Shown: positions 9,267 through 18,402 of the stretch, one piece after another
Layout of the letters: each line of letters begins with the position of its first letter
Position numbering within the stretch: the stretch's first letter is position 1
Assembly (NCBI GenBank): GCA_963771075.1
Contig: CAVYSE010000011.1
Span: 352,001-416,000 of the forward strand
Length of the DNA: 64,000 nt
From: a candidate division FCPU426 bacterium
Lineage (GTDB): Bacteria > Oederibacteriota > Muellerivitia > Muellerivitales > Muellerivitaceae
Direction: 5' to 3'
Made by a program: the position numbers and the translations under genes
The notes under the pieces: generated by a model
Told to the model about the DNA's origin: nothing
Database searches by the model: none
What the model saw: the letters and a program-made list of their open reading frames with translations, nothing else

Positions 9267-10324
9267 ATGGCTGAAACACCGAATCCAAACCGGATTATTG
9301 TGACCTGCACGGAAAAACCCGCCAAACTTTTACTAGCTTTACCAGTCTTTCAAACCCTAAAAACCGCTTATCCCGGGGCCAAAATCACGGCTTTCGTTAT
9401 CGCGGGGGCGGAAGGTATGTTTCAGGGTCACCCGGCTATCGATGCCGTGGAAACCTTACCGGCGCGGGAAGGCTTGTTCCACCTGGCGGGCCGTTTCCGC
9501 AGTTTGGCGCCGGATCTCTGCCTGCACCTTTCGCCCAACGCTAAGCTGGTCTTGGCCGCCTGGCTGGGTAGGGTTCCCAGTCCGAATCGGGATGGATTAT
9601 AAATGGCAGAATTATTTTCTTACCCGCACCGTGAAGATCAACCGGGCCGTCAGCGACCGCAACGAAGTGGAATATAATTTTGAACTATTGAAACCGCTGG
9701 GAATAACCCGGTTTCCCGCGAAAATCGAATATCCCCTTACCGATGTGGAAAAGTCTAAGGCCCAAGAGATATTAATCCAAAAGGGACTGGGAGTCGGCGC
9801 TCCCTATGTACTCGTTCATCCGGGTTCAAAAGGAAGGGCGCGGCATTGGAAAGCGGAAAGATTCAGCCAGCTTTTGGCGCATTTGTGCCAAATCAAGGGA
9901 TTGCGGGTGGTGTTGACGGCGGAGGGGGACGAATCGGCGTTGGTTGCGGAAGTGACGTCCTTTCTTTATTCACTTTCGCCCGAACAAAAACCCATTACGG
10001 TCATAACGGGGGATCTGACCCTGAATCAATTGGCGGCCCTCTGCCAGGGGGCGGCTTGCGTTCTGACGGGCCCAGCTGGCCCCTTGTACCTGGCGGCCGC
10101 CGTGGGCGCCCCCACGGTCGCCCTCTTTTCCCCAGCGCCCGAGGCGACTCCGGTGAGATGGGGCCCTTGGGGAAATGAACACACGGTCCTGGTTCCCGAA
10201 GGGTTCCCAATGCGCGGCCTGCCAGGTGGGTTACTGCAAAAAGCACGATCCCATGGATGCCCTCACCGTGCCGGAAGTGTTCGAGGCGATGAAAAAATTT
10301 ATCCGGAAAGTCGTGCCGGTTTAG
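9267..10324 (+). pseudogene. Glycosyltransferase family 9 (heptosyltransferase-like) split by two +1 frameshifts; possibly a sequencing artefact
   Basis: N-half in one frame to ...AAWLGRVP, then VRIG...VHPGS...HW...LYLAAAVGAPTVALF...RWGP in the +1 frame, then QCAACQVGYCKKHDPMDALTVPEVFEAM to TAG 10322-10324 in the +2 frame. Confidence 0.75.
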
Positions 10325-10372
10325 CAAAACGGAATGGTTGAACGGGTCATGTGTACCGGCTGAGTAAAGATT

Positions 10373-10954
10373 TTACTTTATTTGATTTCGCTTAAGGTCG
10401 CCCATGATCAGATAGATCCCTGACATCACCAGCAAACCGCCGATACCAGGGCCCTTCAAGTGTCCCATGGCAGGATCCAAATGCAGGTTCATCATGCTCA
10501 TGAAACTCACGTTCCAACCGATCGCCATCAGGAACCACAGGGTCCGCCGGGAAAGATCGGCCGTTTTCCAGCCCCAACCGTAAATCCCCGCTCCTACTAG
10601 GGGCCCCAAAACGCCAATAATTCCTAAATATTTAACAACGAGATCGGCCTGGTTGCCGGCCTTCGCATCTAGTCCCGACCACATGACGCACCAAAGGATC
10701 AGCCAGAATAGGGTTAGGGCCGAAAGGCCGTTGAGAAGGCGTGCCACCGGGATGGGAGGGTTCCGGAATCCGTCTTCGGTCATGGTCAGCATGGTGAAAC
10801 CAACCAAGGCGGGGAAAGCGTAAAGCAGGAGATAAGTCGTCAACATCGAGTGGTGTTGCGCCAATAAAGTTTTGAGCGGCTCCCCGAGCAGGACCCCGGG
10901 CGCGAAGAGGAACCCAAGGATTCCGAAGCGGTAAAATGTGATTCCGAGTTTCAT
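10373..10954 (-). CDS. Hypothetical integral membrane protein (~6 TM)
   Basis: Hydrophobic segments; GAGGAG SD; own sigma54 promoter. Confidence 0.75.
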   Translation of the reverse strand: MKLGITFYRFGILGFLFAPGVLLGEPLKTLLAQHHSMLTTYLLLYAFPALVGFTMLTMTEDGFRNPPIPVARLLNGLSALTLFWLILWCVMWSGLDAKAGNQADLVVKYLGIIGVLGPLVGAGIYGWGWKTADLSRRTLWFLMAIGWNVSFMSMMNLHLDPAMGHLKGPGIGGLLVMSGIYLIMGDLKRNQIK

Positions 10955-11068
10955 TTAAATATTCTCCTCATTTTATGACTTTCTCCCCAGAAGGCGGCGT
11001 ACGAGCCAACGATTTTAAATCGAAGTGCCATCCAGGCGTTGATCTTTCTTTTAATCCAGTGAGATCTC

Positions 11069-11084
11069 AGCAAAGGGGATGCCA
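11069..11084 (-). promoter_or_regulatory. sigma54 -24/-12 promoter for 10373..10954
   Basis: Minus strand TGGCATCCCCTTTGCT (GG-N10-GC). Confidence 0.75.
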
Positions 11085-11210
11085 CAGTTTAGATTATTGA
11101 AACGAGGATGATCGGGCCATGAAACCCCTTGGTTTGAGTTAGAAAGGTTTTTTTCGAGTAAAAGAGTGAAAAAAATAATAAAACTCGTAAAAGTATAAAT
11201 AGTCGAATTT

Positions 11211-11242
11211 TGTAGTTATTAACAATATTGTAGTATTAAACA
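11211..11242. promoter_or_regulatory. Putative enhancer (UAS) for a nitrogen-responsive sigma54 activator
   Basis: TGT-N8-ACA-N4-TGT-N8-ACA between divergent sigma54 promoters; recurs at 24241, 32378, 32492 and 34571. Confidence 0.6.
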
Positions 11243-11318
11243 TTATTCAAAACGGTTTTTTTATTTAATAAAGCCCAATATTTATGAAATTTTTACTTGT
11301 AAATTAGTTTTTGAGAAC

Positions 11319-11334
11319 TGGCACAAGGCTTGCT
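11319..11334 (+). promoter_or_regulatory. sigma54 -24/-12 promoter for amtB-1
   Basis: TGGCACAAGGCTTGCT, near-consensus. Confidence 0.9.
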
Positions 11335-11444
11335 TTTTCTCCCGGAACGTAAGGGGTTCCGTCCTGGCCCCGGGTCGTTGAGTAGGGACTTCCATCCGTG
11401 ATGAGCGGGGAAAGTAAAGTTTATAAACCTTAAGGAGGTAGAGT

Positions 11445-13118
11445 ATGTTGGCAAAAATTCGAAAGATAGGAAGCATCTCCCTGATGCTTTACTATCTCCT
11501 GGTACTAGCGGTACCGGTGGTGGTAAACGCCCAGACGGCGCCCGCTGCCGCGCCGGCTGCGGCGGCACCCGCCCCGGCGGCAACACCGGCGCCTCAACCG
11601 CCGGACCCGAACGGGTCGGCGACCGGCGGGATCTCGGACTTGACGTCTTTTAACAGTTTCAAGGACATCAAGAACCCGACCGTTTTGGAACTGGCGGCTG
11701 CCGTCGGCCATAACCGGGTGGCCATCAATATCGTCTGGACATTGGTGACTGGTTACCTGGTTATGTTCATGCAGGCCGGGTTCGCGATGGTGGAAACGGG
11801 CATGACCCGCGCCAAGAACGTGAACCACACCATGACCATGAACTTCATGATTTATCCCTTCGGGATGTTGGGGTTCTATGTTTGCGGCTTCGCCTTCATG
11901 TTCGGGGGTTTAGGCGCGTTAGGAACCTTGGGGGGGTATGCGGGTCTCAGTAATGAGATTACTTGGACCCTCTTCGGAAAACCCTTCGGCATGCTCGGGA
12001 ACGTCGGGTATTTCCTGACCGGCCCCGCCTATGACGTTGGAGTCTTCACCCTCTTCCTGTTTCAGATGGTGTTCATGGATACAACAGCCACCATCCCCAC
12101 GGGTGCCATGGCGGAACGCTGGAAATGGTCGGCCTTTTGCCTTTACGGGGTGGCCATCGGAACCATCATGTATCCCGTGTTCGGCAACTGGGTCTGGGGC
12201 GGCGGTTGGCTTTCGCAATTGGGCGTCAACTTCGGCCTAGGCCACGGCTACACCGACTTTGCCGGTTCCACGGTCGTGCACATGCAGGGAGGTGTAATCG
12301 CCCTGATCGGCGCTTGGATCATCGGGCCGCGCATCGGCAAGTTCAACAAGAACGGCACCCCCAACACCATCCCGGCTCATAACATGCCGATGGCCATCGC
12401 GGGTTGTTTCATCCTGGCTTTCGGTTGGTTCGGGTTCAACCCCGGTTCAACCCTGGCTGGCGCGGACTTGCGTATTTCGGTGGTGGCGGTCAACACCATG
12501 TTGGCTTCCGCAACCGGAGCCTTGTTTGCCATGATCTGGATCTGGATCCGTGGTGGCAAGCCCGATCCGGGAATGATGGTGAACGGGATGCTGGCCGGGC
12601 TCGTGGCCATCACTGGTCCTTCGGCTTTCGTGAACGCTCCGGGTGCCTGCTTGATCGGGATTGTTTCGGGAGTTCTGGTCATCGAGAGTGTTTTCTTCAT
12701 CGAACGCGTGCTCAAGATTGACGATCCGGTCGGGGCCATTTCGGTTCACGGCGTCAACGGAGCCTGGGGTTGTATCTCCCTGGGGCTTTTGGCGGATGGA
12801 GCCTACGGCCAAGGCTGGAACGGCGTTGGCGCGGACAAGTACATGGGTACCTCAGCCGCCGCGAACAACTTGAAAGGTGTTACGGGGTTGTTCTATGGGG
12901 ACGCCTCCCAGTTTGTGGCCCAAGTCATCGGCGTGGTTGTTTGTTTCGTAACCCTTGCGGTCATTTCCTATATCGTCTTCATGGTTATTGAAAAGACGGT
13001 TGGGAACCGGGTCTCACCCGAAACCGAAATCGAGGGGTTGGATATACCCGAAATGGGCTCGGTAGGCTATTGTGGAATCAAGATGGATAAGGCTTCTGAG
13101 AACGTAACTTCCCATTAA
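11445..13118 (+). CDS. amtB: Ammonium transporter (Amt) #1, long form
   Basis: FMQAGFAMVETG, DFAGSTVVH, GWFGFN and DDPVGAISVHG twin-His motifs; AAGGAGG SD. Confidence 0.97.
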   Translation: MLAKIRKIGSISLMLYYLLVLAVPVVVNAQTAPAAAPAAAAPAPAATPAPQPPDPNGSATGGISDLTSFNSFKDIKNPTVLELAAAVGHNRVAINIVWTLVTGYLVMFMQAGFAMVETGMTRAKNVNHTMTMNFMIYPFGMLGFYVCGFAFMFGGLGALGTLGGYAGLSNEITWTLFGKPFGMLGNVGYFLTGPAYDVGVFTLFLFQMVFMDTTATIPTGAMAERWKWSAFCLYGVAIGTIMYPVFGNWVWGGGWLSQLGVNFGLGHGYTDFAGSTVVHMQGGVIALIGAWIIGPRIGKFNKNGTPNTIPAHNMPMAIAGCFILAFGWFGFNPGSTLAGADLRISVVAVNTMLASATGALFAMIWIWIRGGKPDPGMMVNGMLAGLVAITGPSAFVNAPGACLIGIVSGVLVIESVFFIERVLKIDDPVGAISVHGVNGAWGCISLGLLADGAYGQGWNGVGADKYMGTSAAANNLKGVTGLFYGDASQFVAQVIGVVVCFVTLAVISYIVFMVIEKTVGNRVSPETEIEGLDIPEMGSVGYCGIKMDKASENVTSH

Positions 13119-13156
13119 TCGGGAAGGTTTGTTAAGTTGGTTGGGATGAAAAACCG

Positions 13157-13186
13157 AAAAAGTCCCCTGAATCGAGGGGACTTTTT
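13157..13186 (+). terminator. Terminator-like hairpin between amtB-1 and PII
   Basis: aaaaagtcccct-gaatcg-aggggacttttt. Confidence 0.7.
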
Positions 13187-13204
13187 CATATTTTAGGAGT
13201 TTTT

Positions 13205-13546
13205 GTGAAAAAAATAGAAGCCATCATACGGCCGGAGAAATTCGACAGCGTGAAGAAGGCCCTGGAGCTCGCCGGTTATACCGGGGTTACCATCACGGAG
13301 GTTGAAGGCCACGGCAAACAAAAGGGCCTTTCCCAACAGTTCCGAGGTTACAAGTACAAAGTCGAGTTTTTGCCCAAGTTGAAGCTGGAGATTGTGGCTC
13401 CCAGCGCTGATGTGGAGAAGCTGGTCAAAGCTATTTTGACGAGCGCATCCAGTGGTCACGTGGGGGATGGAAAAATATTCGTCTATACGATCGACGAGGT
13501 TTACCGGATCAGTAGTGGTGAAACAGGCGATACGGCTGTTTCTTAA
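13205..13546 (+). CDS. glnK: PII nitrogen regulatory protein
   Basis: MKKIEAIIRPEK, GHGKQKG, FLPK, GDGKIF; GTG start with AGGAG; retains Tyr51-equivalent. Confidence 0.93.
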   Translation: MKKIEAIIRPEKFDSVKKALELAGYTGVTITEVEGHGKQKGLSQQFRGYKYKVEFLPKLKLEIVAPSADVEKLVKAILTSASSGHVGDGKIFVYTIDEVYRISSGETGDTAVS

Positions 13547-13574
13547 AATTTGATTTTCCCTCGTGGGGAGTACG

Positions 13575-13606
13575 GGGGTTAACCGGATTGGGTTAACTCT
13601 TTTTTT
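13575..13606 (+). terminator. Terminator-like hairpin between two PII genes
   Basis: ggggttaacc-ggattg-ggttaactct followed by T-run. Confidence 0.6.
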
Positions 13607-13706
13607 ATGTGTTGAGAGGCGGTTTTCGATAGAGGTTGGGATGTCATCCCGACCGGTAGGCTTAAGTCATCTACCGAGCACTGCCGACCTAAAACTGGGG
13701 TCCGTG

Positions 13707-14048
13707 ATGAGAAAGATCGAAGCCATTATCCAACCCGCGGCCTTTGAGCGGGTCAAGGAAGCCTTGGAAGCGGCCGACTACCCGGGTATCACCATTACCG
13801 AGGTTAAGGGACATGGGAAACAAATGGGCTTGACCCAAAATTGGCTGGGCCGAAGCATCAAGGTGGACACCCTTCCCAAGATGAAATTAGAAATCGTCGC
13901 GATGGATGAGGAGGGAGAAAAGATCATCCAAACCATCCTTCAATCCGCTTGGACGGGAAAAAAAGGGGACGGGAAGATATTCGTTCATCAAATCGAGCAG
14001 GCGTACAAGATCAGCACCGGGGAATCAGGTGATTCGGTCGTAAGTTGA
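13707..14048 (+). CDS. Divergent PII-family protein
   Basis: MRKIEAIIQP, GHGKQMG, TGKKGDGKIF; lacks Tyr51 and the C-terminal RxR. Confidence 0.88.
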   Translation: MRKIEAIIQPAAFERVKEALEAADYPGITITEVKGHGKQMGLTQNWLGRSIKVDTLPKMKLEIVAMDEEGEKIIQTILQSAWTGKKGDGKIFVHQIEQAYKISTGESGDSVVS

Positions 14049-14084
14049 AAATAGCCGAGTTTTTTTCAAACCGGAAGGAATCCA

Positions 14085-15443
14085 ATGGACTCCATGAATT
14101 ACTGGCAGCAAATGGATGGCATGACCACCCTTTTGCATTTTCTCCCATTCGGGCTCCTGTTATTCAGCACGGCCGCCTTTCCTTTCATCCCTGGTATTTC
14201 CCGGTGGTGGGAAAGCATGCGAAACAAGTTTTTATTCGCCGCGGTCTGCGCGGGCGCAGGGGTGTTTTTATATCTTCGACCATCCGGTGACTACATGAAG
14301 GTGCTGGAAACTTATCTGGATTACCTCGCTTTTTTGGCGTTGGTGGGTTCCCTTTTTACGGTTAGCGGTGGAATCTACATTTCAGGCGCCTTCGCCGGGT
14401 TACCTTATATCAATACATTGTTTCTGGGGCTGGGTGCCGTCCTAGCGAGCCTATTAGGCACCACCGGCGCCAGCATGGTTTTGATCAGGCCCCTGCTTCG
14501 CGCTAATTTGATGCGCCGTCACAAAACCCATGTGGTCGTGTTTTTCATCTTCATCGTCTCAAACTGCGGGGGGCTCTTGACCCCCCTGGGCGATCCGCCC
14601 CTCTATCTGGGATTCCTCCGCGGGGTCCCGTTCTTCTGGACCCTTCGACTGATCCCCATATGGTCCCTGACCCTGTTGATTTTGCTCTTCATTTTCCATT
14701 TGATCGACGACAAAATTTTCGACGGCGAGGAAACACACGTCCGAGGCTCGCTGATCCAGGCCATATCGGACGCTGAACAACCGATCCAGGTGAAGGGACG
14801 TTTAAGCGTGCTTTGCCTCTTGGGGATCCTGTCCACGATCCTGGTGGCGGGCTACTGGCTGAACCCCTGGCTGGAGGCGCGGTGGGGAGCCCATGCGGTC
14901 GATGCCTCAAAAATATTCCAAATCCTGGTCATGACATCCCTCGGGTTGCTTTCCCATTACAAAACACCGAAGGATATCCACGAGGCGAACGAGTTTTCCT
15001 TCGCGCCCTTCTTGGAAGTCATGGTGCTTTTCTTTGGCATTTTCGGATCCATGATCCCGGCCCTCACGTTGTTGGAAGCCAAGGGCAAGACATTGGCCTT
15101 GAACCATTCGTGGGCGTACTTTTGGCTTTCCGGGGCATTAAGCAGTTTCCTCGATAATGCTCCGACCTATCTCAGCTACGCCGCCCTGGCGGCGGGACAA
15201 AATGGGCTTTCCACCGATCATTTAGGCGATTTGGCCCGGCAAGCACCCCAATTGCTCGCCGCGGTTTCCTGCGGGTCTGTCCTCATGGGAGCCAACAGTT
15301 ATATCGGAAATGGCCCCAATTTCATGGTGCGCGCCATTGCCGAGCAATCCCGCGTCCGAATGCCCTCCTTCGGGGGTTATATGCTTTGGTCAGGCGCGGT
15401 TTTAATTCCGATTTTTATCCTTCTTACTTTTATCTTCTTTTAA
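14085..15443 (+). CDS. IT-superfamily transporter (putative citrate transporter / Na+:H+ antiporter, CitMHS_2-like)
   Basis: GTTGASM, SNCGGLLTPLGDPPL, LSSFLDNAPTY and GANSYIGNGPNFMV motifs; start uncertain. Confidence 0.8.
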   Translation: MDSMNYWQQMDGMTTLLHFLPFGLLLFSTAAFPFIPGISRWWESMRNKFLFAAVCAGAGVFLYLRPSGDYMKVLETYLDYLAFLALVGSLFTVSGGIYISGAFAGLPYINTLFLGLGAVLASLLGTTGASMVLIRPLLRANLMRRHKTHVVVFFIFIVSNCGGLLTPLGDPPLYLGFLRGVPFFWTLRLIPIWSLTLLILLFIFHLIDDKIFDGEETHVRGSLIQAISDAEQPIQVKGRLSVLCLLGILSTILVAGYWLNPWLEARWGAHAVDASKIFQILVMTSLGLLSHYKTPKDIHEANEFSFAPFLEVMVLFFGIFGSMIPALTLLEAKGKTLALNHSWAYFWLSGALSSFLDNAPTYLSYAALAAGQNGLSTDHLGDLARQAPQLLAAVSCGSVLMGANSYIGNGPNFMVRAIAEQSRVRMPSFGGYMLWSGAVLIPIFILLTFIFF

Positions 15444-15454
15444 AATCATTGTCC

Positions 15455-16087
15455 ATGTCCGGTCGAATCCTCATGCTTCACAAACCCAAGGGGTATGTGG
15501 TCACCCGTCCCATCGAACCCTTGAACCCAACAACGGTTTATTCGATCCTTCCCCCGGAATTTCATGCCCAAGGTTGGGTTCCGGTTGGGCGGTTGGACAA
15601 GGATTCCAGCGGGTTGCTTCTTTTCGTGAGGGAAGGTTTTCTCGTCAAACTTCTTCAAACTCCAGGGAACATCCACAAGGTTTATGAGGTCTGGGTGAAG
15701 GGCCGTTTGTGTCCGGGGCACCTTCAACAGGTTTTGGATGGTGTTCAAACCCCCTTAGGTCCCCTTAAAGCAAAGGAGGTGGAGGTTTTAGGCGCCATGG
15801 GGGACAACACTTTGGTGAAAATGACCCTGGATGAGGGACAAAATCGGCAAATTCGCCGGATCTTTGCCTGTATGAAAGACATGGAAAAGAACAAGTATTT
15901 TAAGGCCCTGGACCTGATGCGAATCGCGATCGGACCTGTTTCGTTGGACTTGGAGCCGGGGAAATGGCGGTTTTTATCGGATGCGGAAACAGAATCGCTT
16001 TTGAGGGACTTGCCGAGGAAGGCGAAAAAAGCCCAACAACCAAAGGGTTTTTCGAAACCGAGCCTTCAAGGAAGAGGGAACCCCTGA
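15455..16087 (+). CDS. rRNA pseudouridine synthase (RsuA/RluE family, no S4 domain)
   Basis: HKPKGYV, PVGRLDKDSSGLLL and EGQNRQIRR motifs. Confidence 0.9.
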   Translation: MSGRILMLHKPKGYVVTRPIEPLNPTTVYSILPPEFHAQGWVPVGRLDKDSSGLLLFVREGFLVKLLQTPGNIHKVYEVWVKGRLCPGHLQQVLDGVQTPLGPLKAKEVEVLGAMGDNTLVKMTLDEGQNRQIRRIFACMKDMEKNKYFKALDLMRIAIGPVSLDLEPGKWRFLSDAETESLLRDLPRKAKKAQQPKGFSKPSLQGRGNP

Positions 16088-16158
16088 AGCTGTACCAAAC
16101 TTTTCTTATTATTCAATCTTTGCTGTGAAAGGTTGGGATTTTATTACCGGTTTTTAAT

Positions 16159-17592
16159 TTACAGGTTCAGTTCCACCCGCGCGTCGCCATCCAGGGCGAC
16201 CCTTCCCTCCAAGCCGATGTCGCTCACGAAGGCTTCCTCCATTTTTAAGGAAGTAATGGTCGTGCGCAGCATCGCGAAGTGCCCCAAGGGACGGTTGAGC
16301 AGTTTGGTGAGTTCTTCCTGCAATTTATCCAGGCTTTTCCCGACCGGGACCACCGCTTTTTCACGCAATGCATCGCGGATTCCGGAACCAGCGATGAATG
16401 TGGCCATTTGGACCAGGAAGTCGCTGGTCTGGATGTCGAAGTCCATATCGGGGAAGTCGATGACCTGGGTGTCCTCGTGGTATTTGGGAGTGCCCACCAA
16501 GTAGATGGTCAACTGGGCCTGGTGGCCGGATAGGTCGAGAAGGGGATCGTAATCCACCTGGGCTTCCACCACGAGCTGGCCTCCCGAACCGTAAACTGAG
16601 ATGTTGGTGATTTTCAGGTGGTGGTTGCCGCTTCCGGGCAGGGCCCGGTTGAGGATGCCCGTTTTGGGATCGATCAATAATTTATTGACCTCGTGGAAGC
16701 TGATCTTCAAGTTGGTCTCGATATGAAACCCCTCCGGGCCCGGCTGGTAGTCCGAAAGGGGCGGCAATTCGCTTTTGTCCAGTTTGGGTTTTTGGCCGAT
16801 GATGACGTTGGGCTGAACATAAACCTCGAAGACCGTTTCGAGCTTGGGCGTTTTGGGGTCGGGGATCAGGCGATAAGACCCCACGCTGATCTTATCGGTC
16901 TTGAACTGAAGCCAAATATCCTCCGCCATCCGGATCGGTTCTTGGAGCGATTTCCAAAGTTCCTTGGCCTTTTCCTCGATGTTCGTCGCTTTTTTCAACG
17001 ACTCATGGAATTTTGAAGTGCCTTTGCGGAGTAACTTCTCGCCTTTCTTCAAGTCGGATTCTTCCTCCGTTGCGGGCGCGCCCGACACCGGGGCCGATGC
17101 CGTGGCGGAGTTGTCTTCCGCCTCGTTAAAGTTGGGGGCTTCCAGGTGCCAATCCTTGGTCCATTGAATGGAGGAGGCGAGGTCCACCTTGGCGTCCTGT
17201 TCCACTTCCTCGGCTAATTTTTCCGCTTCCTTGGACAGGTTTTCCGAGCCGGTTTTCTTCTTGTAATGCATATGCATATGGGCGGTGAGGGTGTTGCCGG
17301 AGTATTCCCAATCCAACGGGTCCCACCATACGGTCGTGCCCAGGCTTTTGGTGAGGGATTGCTCGGCTTTTTTGAAATCGTTTTTCACGAACTGCGCCAG
17401 ATGTTTTTCCACGTCGCTTAACTGGGGAAGATTCACCACCACCGGTATGCGGAGCCTCGCGGGCGGGGGAGGGTTCAGGGTGTGAACGGGTGCGGGACGG
17501 ATAGGGACCCTTAAATGGTTGCCGGTCGCACAGCCGATGAAAAGCATGCAAAAAGGAATCAAAATCAGATGGGGAGATGTCTTATAACGCAT
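16159..17592 (-). CDS. Lipoprotein, DUF4403-like
   Basis: Lipobox FIGC; WKSLQEPI...WLQF and IYLVGTPKY pattern. Confidence 0.6.
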   Translation of the reverse strand: MRYKTSPHLILIPFCMLFIGCATGNHLRVPIRPAPVHTLNPPPPARLRIPVVVNLPQLSDVEKHLAQFVKNDFKKAEQSLTKSLGTTVWWDPLDWEYSGNTLTAHMHMHYKKKTGSENLSKEAEKLAEEVEQDAKVDLASSIQWTKDWHLEAPNFNEAEDNSATASAPVSGAPATEEESDLKKGEKLLRKGTSKFHESLKKATNIEEKAKELWKSLQEPIRMAEDIWLQFKTDKISVGSYRLIPDPKTPKLETVFEVYVQPNVIIGQKPKLDKSELPPLSDYQPGPEGFHIETNLKISFHEVNKLLIDPKTGILNRALPGSGNHHLKITNISVYGSGGQLVVEAQVDYDPLLDLSGHQAQLTIYLVGTPKYHEDTQVIDFPDMDFDIQTSDFLVQMATFIAGSGIRDALREKAVVPVGKSLDKLQEELTKLLNRPLGHFAMLRTTITSLKMEEAFVSDIGLEGRVALDGDARVELNL

Positions 17593-17939
17593 GGCGGCAT
17601 TTTACACTCTGAAAAAAGAGGCGTGAAACCCCGATCTAAGCAAAGATTTGAAGCAAGGGCGGGAAAAGGGACCGCGGTGGGGTCGGACCCTATAACAATG
17701 TTCGGGGTGGACTCCATTATCAAAAGGCCACTTGTTGAGGCTGGAGGGGGCTGGAATTGGCTGGTTAAACCCCTTTGCCTGCCCCAAAACAGGAAAAGAT
17801 CGGTTCCGGAGGCAAAAAAAGAGGGTTCATGGGGCCTAAGGTGCCTTCGCCTATACAGGCCAATAAGAAACTCCTTGTAAAACCAACGTTACTTTGGATT
17901 AATATCCCCTGAAGATCCTAATTTCTAGGAGGTGAGGCT

Positions 17940-18221
17940 GTGACCAAGAGTGAGATTATTGCCGCGTTAGTGGAAGCGACCCAAATGAAGAAAAAGGAAG
18001 TCGTGACCGTGTTGGACGCCCAACGTGAATTGATTTACAAAACCTTGAAAAAAGAGGGCCAAATCAAGCTGGACGGCCTGGGTGTATTTCAATTGAAAGA
18101 CCGTAAAGCCCGCACTGCCCGCAATCCCCGCACCGGCGAAACGGTTCAGGTTCCGGCCCGCCGGGTTGTCAAGATCCGCGTGTTGAAAGCCTTGAAGGAC
18201 GAGGTTTTGCCAAAGAAGTAA
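17940..18221 (+). CDS. hup: HU/IHF-family DNA-binding protein
   Basis: MTKSEII, GLGVF, RKARTARNPRTGE; GGAGG SD. Confidence 0.95.
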   Translation: MTKSEIIAALVEATQMKKKEVVTVLDAQRELIYKTLKKEGQIKLDGLGVFQLKDRKARTARNPRTGETVQVPARRVVKIRVLKALKDEVLPKK

Positions 18222-18233
18222 AAGAGTTTTTTG

Positions 18234-18266
18234 AAAAAGGGGACTCCTTGGAGTCCCCTTTTTTTT
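18234..18266 (+). terminator. Intrinsic terminator
   Basis: aaaaaggggactcc/ggagtccccttttt. Confidence 0.85.
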
Positions 18267-18402
18267 ACTTGGTTTGTTGAAAATGCAGTTCCTTTCCGAC
18301 TGTGTCCCCAAAATTTTGCCAAAAATGAATTCTCCAAAATATATCCGGTTGGAATCGCCCGGAGCCCCCGATAGAATTTAACGAATGATTTTTTAAGGAA
18401 TC

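Noticed and set aside
11335..11444. ANTAR dual-hairpin or glutamine riboswitch in the amtB-1 leader
   Set aside because: Hairpins are present, but I could not match paired hexaloops or the glnA motif.
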